This document shows positions 58,233 through 64,000 of a stretch of 64,000 bases of DNA, one piece after another. Source of the stretch: an uncultured Chloroflexia bacterium. GTDB taxonomy: Bacteria > Chloroflexota > Limnocylindria > Limnocylindrales > CSP1-4. Made by a program: the position numbers and the translations under genes. Under the pieces are notes generated by a model, which was not told the DNA's origin, ran no database searches, and saw nothing but the letters and a program-made list of their open reading frames with translations. Each line of letters opens with the position of its first letter. The first letter of the stretch is position 1. The DNA is taken from NCBI GenBank assembly GCA_963712585.1, contig CAVQIH010000007.1, positions 8,227 through 72,226 on the forward strand. The letters run 5' to 3'.

Positions 58233-59518
58233 CCGACCTCGTCGCGCGCGCCGCCGACGACCCGCAGCTCGGCCTCGGCCTCGGCGACCCGGGCGATTAC
58301 GCCATCGCGCAAACGGTCGAGACCTGCCTGGACGTCCCGGGCGCCGTTGCTCATCGAGGTCAGGGTCGCCTTCATTCCCCGGACCGTCTCGAGCTGCTCG
58401 CGGATGCCGGTCAAGGCCTCGCGGATCGCGGCGGCATCGACATCGACGTCGCGCTCGCGCAGGGACGCCAGCGCGTGGAGGCGGGCCAGGCGGACCGCGC
58501 CCTCGAGGGCGGCGCGGTCCGGGGCGGTCGGATCGAGGACGCAGTAGACATCGCCGGCGCGAACATCGAACGGCTCGATCCCCCGCGGGGCGTGCTCCGG
58601 GGTGAAGATCACGAGCCCGACAGCAGCCGAGCGGTTCTCCTTCGCCTGGCGGAGCTCGTCGCGCATCTCCCTTCCCGACACCGGGCGATCCTTGCACTCG
58701 ACGACGACGCGGAGGTCCGCGCCCGACGTCAGCGAAGGATCGAGGCTGAGCACGAAATCCCCCTTCTTGGATCGGACCACGGCCCCCGCCTCGGTGCCCG
58801 TCCGGTCGCACAGATCGCCGGAGCCGCGGGCGATCTCGCCGAGGAGCTCGTCGACGAGGTCCTCGAAGTCGCCTCCCTTGGCGGTCCCCCTGGCGCGCTC
58901 CCGCTCGCGTACCCCGGTCGCCAACTCGAGCGCGGACAGCCGCTCACCGAGCCTGGCGAAGCCGTCGGCGACCTCAGAGCGGAACTGGTGAAGCGGCGAG
59001 CCCAGGCGAGTCGGGTCGAGGAGCTGCGCCAGGCGCGACGCGTCCCCATCGAAGTACTGGCCGAGCAGGAGCTGCATCCGGCCGATCGCGCTGTCGCGCT
59101 TGGCTGGGTCGAACAGCTCGCCGACAAATGTCCGGAGGGCCCCCCGATCCCCGAGGAAGCGCTCCAGCGTGCGAGGCAAGCGGCCGTCGCCATCGCCGAA
59201 GTTGGCGCGGAGGACCTGGTCGAGGGCCGTTGCGGCCCGCTCGTTGGCGGCCTCCGTCTGACGAAGGAGGCCCTCGAACTCGCGGCGTACGACGTCGACG
59301 TTGACCGAAACGCCGGCGTCCTGCAGGGCGGTCAGGCCGATCTTGAGGGCGCGCTCGACCACTCCGAGCCGGTCGTCGGCCTCGCGCTGCCCGACGTAGG
59401 CCGCCAGGGCGGCGTCGCAGAGCACGAGATGCTCGATAACGATGCGGTCGGCTTCGATCCGGATGTCGGGCGCAGACGTGATCGGCGATGGGAGGGGGAC
59501 CAGGCGGGCGGTCGTCAT
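58229..59518 (-). CDS. coiled-coil protein with RmuC/DUF2130-like PD-(D/E)XK nuclease domain
   Basis: Helical N-terminus, KGGDFE, KKGDFV, VVVECKD, AKENRSA, C-terminal coiled coil. Confidence 0.6.
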   Translation of the reverse strand: MTTARLVPLPSPITSAPDIRIEADRIVIEHLVLCDAALAAYVGQREADDRLGVVERALKIGLTALQDAGVSVNVDVVRREFEGLLRQTEAANERAATALDQVLRANFGDGDGRLPRTLERFLGDRGALRTFVGELFDPAKRDSAIGRMQLLLGQYFDGDASRLAQLLDPTRLGSPLHQFRSEVADGFARLGERLSALELATGVRERERARGTAKGGDFEDLVDELLGEIARGSGDLCDRTGTEAGAVVRSKKGDFVLSLDPSLTSGADLRVVVECKDRPVSGREMRDELRQAKENRSAAVGLVIFTPEHAPRGIEPFDVRAGDVYCVLDPTAPDRAALEGAVRLARLHALASLRERDVDVDAAAIREALTGIREQLETVRGMKATLTSMSNGARDVQAGLDRLRDGVIARVAEAEAELRVVGGARDEVG

Positions 59519-59769
59519 GGCGCCCACTCTCGGGGCGACTCGTGCCACCTAGCCTGGCACGAGTCGCCCGCCGGATGATCGCCGTGCCGGGCGATGGTGA
59601 AGCCGGGCTGCCGCCGCGGCAGGTCCCGTTCTCCGGGCGCCGGGGTGGGCCCAGTACCGCTGGCCGGTTGACGGAATCCGCGGCGTCCCCATTCTTGGGC
59701 CACAGCGGGTGGGTTGGCTGGTATCCGGCGGCGGCCGCCCGGCCGGGACGACGCCACAATGAGGGGCCG

Positions 59770-61335
59770 ATGCTAGAGAGCCTTCGCCGAACGAGACGCG
59801 ACCGGCCGACCCCGGGTTGGGCCGCGGCGGGCAGGTCCAGGCCCGCTCGGGCGATCGTGACGAGCGGGTTGGCCTTGGCGATCGTCGTCGGCCTGAGCCC
59901 GGTAGCCGGCCTGGTACCGATGGTGGCAGCCGAAACCGGCTCGCCGTCGCCGAGCGTGGCGCCCGCGGGGCAACCGACGGACGCACCCCCGACGTTGCCG
60001 ACGGCGAACCCGGCCGGTCCGCCGATCGGCTCGCCAGACCAGCAGATCACCTCGATGAGTGCCGCCCCGCTGCGCCTCGTGGGTCCCGACGGTCTCGACG
60101 AGCAGATTCCGACATCGCGGATTCGAGCCTGGCTCATCCGCCCCGATGCCGGCGGAGCCCAGCCCGGCGAGGCGCCCCTGGGCACACCTGGCGGCGACCC
60201 GCCCCCTTCGTCCGAGCCCGGCACGGCCCCGTCCACGGCTCCGATCGCCGACCCGACGGCAGTTGATGTCGACCTGACCGCCGTGGCCGCCTGGCTCGAG
60301 CGGTTCGCCGCCCGGTACGCCGTCGCCGGCCAGAGCGCCGGTTTCAAGATGAACGCCCAGGGAGTCTTCACGGCGGTGATCCCCTCGAAGGACGGGCGTG
60401 GGCTCGACCTCGACGCGAGCGCGTTGGCGGTTGCCGAGGCACTCCGGCGGCGGGCCGCGGGCGACCTCTCGAACGACCTGGCGACGGTGCTGGTCGGTCC
60501 GGCGGCCCCCCCGCTTACCACGGAGCAGGCGGCCGAGCTGATGCCGCGGCTGCGGCGTATCTCGCGCTGGACGACCCACTGGCAGGTCGGCGAGAACAAC
60601 GGTTTCGGGGCCAACATCATCATCCCTGCTCGCAAGATCCATGGGACGCTGATCCTGCCGGGCGAGGTCTTCGATTTCTGGAAGGTGGTTGGCAGCCCGA
60701 CGCTCGCCGACGGCTACCGGATGGGCGGCGCGATCATCAACGGGCGGAGTCAGCCGACCGGGGCGTTCGCGGGCGGCATCTGCTCGACGTCCACCACGAT
60801 CTTCAACGCAGCGCTGCGGGCCGGCCTCGAGATGCTCACGCGCGCCCCCCACTACTACTACATCGACCGCTACCCGCTCGGGCTCGACGCGACGGTCTGG
60901 AAGGACGGGCGCTCGACCCAGACGGTGCGTTGGCGCAACGACACCCCCAACCCGATCTTCATTCGGGCGATCGCCAGGCCGGGGATCGTCACCTTCGAGC
61001 TCTACTCGCTGCCCACCGGCCGGACGGTCGCGTTCAGCACGCCGATCGTCCACAACCGAACCGGCGCCGCCGATCTCCTCGTCTACACGGGCTCCCTCAA
61101 GGCCGGCGTCCAGCTGCGGACCGAGTTCCCGCATTCGGGAATGAGCGTGACCGTGGAGCGCACGGTGCGCGATTCCGACGGTCAGCTGGTCCACCACGAA
61201 ACCTACCGCTCCCTCTACCACCGGGTGGACGGGATCGTCCTGGTCGGCAGGGACGGTGCGGCGGCGGCCGGCCCGGCGCCGGAGCCGGCCTCGCCCTCGC
61301 CGCCGAGCTCATCGCCCGGGCCGGGGCTCGACTGA
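59770..61335 (+). CDS. VanW family exported protein with C-terminal G5-like domain
   Basis: Signal/TM; ILPGEVFDF, GGICSTSTTIFNAAL, R.PHYYYI.RYPLGLDATV, WRNDT. Confidence 0.85.
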   Translation: MLESLRRTRRDRPTPGWAAAGRSRPARAIVTSGLALAIVVGLSPVAGLVPMVAAETGSPSPSVAPAGQPTDAPPTLPTANPAGPPIGSPDQQITSMSAAPLRLVGPDGLDEQIPTSRIRAWLIRPDAGGAQPGEAPLGTPGGDPPPSSEPGTAPSTAPIADPTAVDVDLTAVAAWLERFAARYAVAGQSAGFKMNAQGVFTAVIPSKDGRGLDLDASALAVAEALRRRAAGDLSNDLATVLVGPAAPPLTTEQAAELMPRLRRISRWTTHWQVGENNGFGANIIIPARKIHGTLILPGEVFDFWKVVGSPTLADGYRMGGAIINGRSQPTGAFAGGICSTSTTIFNAALRAGLEMLTRAPHYYYIDRYPLGLDATVWKDGRSTQTVRWRNDTPNPIFIRAIARPGIVTFELYSLPTGRTVAFSTPIVHNRTGAADLLVYTGSLKAGVQLRTEFPHSGMSVTVERTVRDSDGQLVHHETYRSLYHRVDGIVLVGRDGAAAAGPAPEPASPSPPSSSPGPGLD

Positions 61336-61363
61336 GGGCCCTGCTCGGCGCGAAGGATCGCGC

Positions 61364-62851
61364 CTAGCCGTTCGGGTCAAGCTGGTCGGCCGGGCCGATC
61401 GGCGAGCGGGGCTCCTGCGCCGGGTCTGTGTCGGGCGGGCGCTCGGTCTCGGCCGCGGTGTCGGCCGCGACCGGGAACGGCGCTCCTGGTTCCGTACCGG
61501 GCTCCGGCGGCGCCGCGAGCGGGCTCGGTGGCTGCCCGCTCATCAGCTCGTCGACCCGCCAGGCCGCCGTGGTCGAGCGCCAGGACTCTGAGACCTCCAC
61601 GGTCGGCGCGAGGCCGATCCGGACCGTCCCCGAGACGAGGAAGAGCGCGGCGAAGACGGGATAACCGGCCGGCGTAGCGGCTAGGATCGCCCCGCCGAGG
61701 GTCTGACCGCCGGTGACACCCAGCGATGTCCCGGCCACGTACCGTCCCTGGGCCGCGATCAGCTGGCGCGAGCCGTGGGTCAGCCGCTGCAGCCGCTCGT
61801 TGGCGGCGATGGTGCCCGCGGCGTAGCCGGCGTTCACGGTCACCGCGATGACGCACAGGACGAGCCAGGCCAGCGGGTTGCCCGGGAAGGCCAGCGGTCC
61901 CAGCAGCATCGAACCGCCCCGGATGACGAAGGTGACGCGCAGGAGTCGCGAGGAGGACCCCCGGTGGAGCCACCCGCCCACGAGCGTGGAGGTCACCAAT
62001 GAGGCTGCCGAGGACAGCGCGGAGAGGAGCACGGCGAAGCCGGCCGGCAGCGCGAGCACGCTGATCGCGTAGATCGAAAGATAGGGCCCCAGCCCAGCCC
62101 CGAACGCGGTGAAGGCCATCGTCCGCAGGAAGTGGCGCAGCTCCGGCGGCTGTGCCACCGGTGGCCCTCCGTCGTCCGCGACGAGGACGCGACCTGGGTT
62201 TCGGAGCCGTCCCACAAGGACCAGCTCGGCCAGGCCGGCCAGCCCGGAGGCGGCGAAGACGGCCCCGTAGACCGACAGTCCGACTGCCCTGATCGCCCCA
62301 TCGACGACGAGGGCGATCGGCAGCAAGAGCGTCGCTCCGACCCCCATCGCCAGGGCCATGACCCGGGGCGCCACGAACCGTCGTTCGTCCTCGGCGAGCA
62401 CCGCCCCGTACCAGGCGAAGAGGTTCGTGCCGCCGATCATGCCGGCCGCCCCGCCGAGACCCATGACCGTGGCGATGCCGGCGATGGCCGCGCCGGCCGG
62501 GATGGCGCGAGCCGCGGCGAGCGCCGTGATCGCCGCCAGCGCGAACCCCCGCAGCTCGCCCACGGCGAGGATGGCAAGGGTGACGCGCCGAAGGTTGCCG
62601 CCCGAGCGGCGCAGGAGGCCGGGCACGGACAACTGGGCGATGGCGCCAGCGGCGGGCAGGACGCCCACGACCGTGGCCAGGGCCGGCGGACAGCCGAGGG
62701 CCAGCAGGAGCGGGATGGTCAGACCGTCACCGGCCAGCGCTCCGACCGCCGCCTGGGCGAGCCCGATCGACGCGTAACGGCGGTAGTGGCGGCCGAAGAA
62801 CCGGCGCCACTCGGCAAGGGCGGCACGAGTGCGGGGCAGGCGCTCAGGCAC
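61364..62851 (-). CDS. MFS-like membrane transporter
   Basis: About 12 hydrophobic segments in two halves; Pro-rich tail. Confidence 0.65.
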   Translation of the reverse strand: MPERLPRTRAALAEWRRFFGRHYRRYASIGLAQAAVGALAGDGLTIPLLLALGCPPALATVVGVLPAAGAIAQLSVPGLLRRSGGNLRRVTLAILAVGELRGFALAAITALAAARAIPAGAAIAGIATVMGLGGAAGMIGGTNLFAWYGAVLAEDERRFVAPRVMALAMGVGATLLLPIALVVDGAIRAVGLSVYGAVFAASGLAGLAELVLVGRLRNPGRVLVADDGGPPVAQPPELRHFLRTMAFTAFGAGLGPYLSIYAISVLALPAGFAVLLSALSSAASLVTSTLVGGWLHRGSSSRLLRVTFVIRGGSMLLGPLAFPGNPLAWLVLCVIAVTVNAGYAAGTIAANERLQRLTHGSRQLIAAQGRYVAGTSLGVTGGQTLGGAILAATPAGYPVFAALFLVSGTVRIGLAPTVEVSESWRSTTAAWRVDELMSGQPPSPLAAPPEPGTEPGAPFPVAADTAAETERPPDTDPAQEPRSPIGPADQLDPNG

Positions 62852-62936
62852 GGTAACGTCGGCGTTCCTGCGACTGGTGGAGACGCTGAGGATACCGGGG
62901 CACGAGGCCGCTGGGCCCCCCGATGCCGGAGGTCGT

Positions 62937-63860
62937 TCAGCCGGCGCGCTTGCCTCGCCGCCGCTCCAACGCGGACCGCCAGTAGACGACCGACGCCTCG
63001 AGATCGTCGAGCACCTCGTCGTCCGCCTGCTCGAAGGGCGGGATCACCTCGAGAATCAGGGCGGCGTCGCGAGCTCCGCTGACCTCCAGGGCCTCGAGCA
63101 CCGCCGCCGCGGCGATCCGTCCGTCGGCGTTGCGGGCCGCCGTGAAAGGCCAGTGATGGTCGCCCTGGGGGTCCGACTGCTGGAGCTGGATCACCGGCGC
63201 GCTGGCGCCGAGCTCACGTAGCCAGGCGTACGGATCGCGATCGTCACCCTCCGTGCCGGCCACGCACATGTGCCCCACGTCGAGGCAGAGCCCGATCTGG
63301 GCATGGGTCTCGTCGCCGGGCCTCAGCAGTGAGCGAAGCTGGGCAAGGGTCGCTGGCTCTCGGGCGACCGCGAGGTTCTCGACCAGGAAGAACGACTGGC
63401 CCACCCGGCGGGCTTCGACCGCGAGTCCCTCGAGGCGCTCGCCCAGCTCGGCCCAGAGCTCCGCGCGGCGGGCAGGGTCCCGCCAGTCGCGGACGCTCAG
63501 AGCGCCCACGTGGCCGCCCGTCCCCTGGGCCTCGACGTCCGCGGTGAAGGCGACGGCCCGACGGAACCAGCTCTCGGCCCGAACGCGCGCGCCCCGTTCT
63601 GGATGGAGGAGCAGGTTCGAGGAGTAGGCGCCGAGACCCGTGAACGTGGAGTGGACGCTCAGGCCGCAGAGGCGGGCCGCCGAGCGGACCTCCTCGGCCT
63701 GTTCCTGAACGGCATCCGGGGGCGCGTCGAGATCGACGAGGTCGAGCGAATGCTGGACGAGATCCAGGCCGAGCCGTTCGGACACGATCGGCGCCCAATC
63801 GGTCGGGCGCGGCCAGCGCTTGACGGCGAAGCAGGTGTTGATGCCGAGCTGGAAGCCCAT
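62937..63860 (-). CDS. sugar phosphate isomerase/epimerase (xylose-isomerase-like TIM barrel)
   Basis: GINTCFAVKRWP, VEN, CLDVGH, LQQSD..DHHWPF, LEVIP metal motifs. Confidence 0.8.
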   Translation of the reverse strand: MGFQLGINTCFAVKRWPRPTDWAPIVSERLGLDLVQHSLDLVDLDAPPDAVQEQAEEVRSAARLCGLSVHSTFTGLGAYSSNLLLHPERGARVRAESWFRRAVAFTADVEAQGTGGHVGALSVRDWRDPARRAELWAELGERLEGLAVEARRVGQSFFLVENLAVAREPATLAQLRSLLRPGDETHAQIGLCLDVGHMCVAGTEGDDRDPYAWLRELGASAPVIQLQQSDPQGDHHWPFTAARNADGRIAAAAVLEALEVSGARDAALILEVIPPFEQADDEVLDDLEASVVYWRSALERRRGKRAG

Positions 63861-63862
63861 CG

Positions 63863-64000
63863 TCAACTCCTCACGACCCGGGACGCGGCGAGGTCGCGAT
63901 AGCGGGCGTCCGCGTCGTCGAGCGCGGCGCGAACGCGAGGGTCGGGCTCGAGGCGCTCCTCGAGGTGGACGGCGCAGTCGATCGCGTCGCCAAGGCCAGC
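63863..64000 (-). CDS. partial C-terminus of a probable FGGY carbohydrate kinase
   Basis: AGLGDAIDCAVHLEERLEPDPRVRAALDDADARYRDL...*, typical FGGY C-terminus, upstream of a sugar isomerase. Confidence 0.5.
   Translation of the reverse strand, partial: AGLGDAIDCAVHLEERLEPDPRVRAALDDADARYRDLAASRVVRS

Noticed and set aside
59770-61335. Vancomycin resistance locus
   Set aside because: VanW-domain proteins are widespread; no vanHAX/vanRS genes adjacent.

Overview
High-GC (by eye ~70%+) bacterial chromosomal segment. Gene style suggests Chloroflexota, possibly Limnocylindria-like, but this is inference only. It carries housekeeping and metabolic genes (NagD-like HAD, adenosine deaminase, pepA, prepilin peptidase, M23 peptidase, glgC, pncB, NUDIX, MsmX-like ATPase, lhgO, bioY, Zn-ADH, LacI), two PAS/GAF-EAL phosphodiesterase genes and tRNA-His(GTG). 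A ~14 kb minus-strand anaerobic energy cluster follows: hdrCBA-mvhDGA (group 3c hydrogenase), maturation genes, and a group 3b hydrogenase with fused beta+gamma subunits. A double-strand-break repair locus encodes a UvrD/AdnB-like helicase-nuclease, Ku, a catalytically dead ligase paralog, LigD and a convergent RmuC-like nuclease. The best candidate for a new system is the intact pseudo-ligase between ku and ligD: it has lost all catalytic motifs and has an N-terminal QLSLPL beta-clamp-like motif. Other notable non-coding signals are an unassigned structured leader at 15.34-15.50 kb, DnaA boxes over the M23 promoter, DosR/DevR-like boxes in the hydrogenase cluster, a REP-like palindrome cluster and exact leaderless promoters. 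Many genes, especially at 42.6-49.4 kb, are frameshifted, most likely by long-read indel errors. No CRISPR array, rRNA or integrase/transposase was seen.
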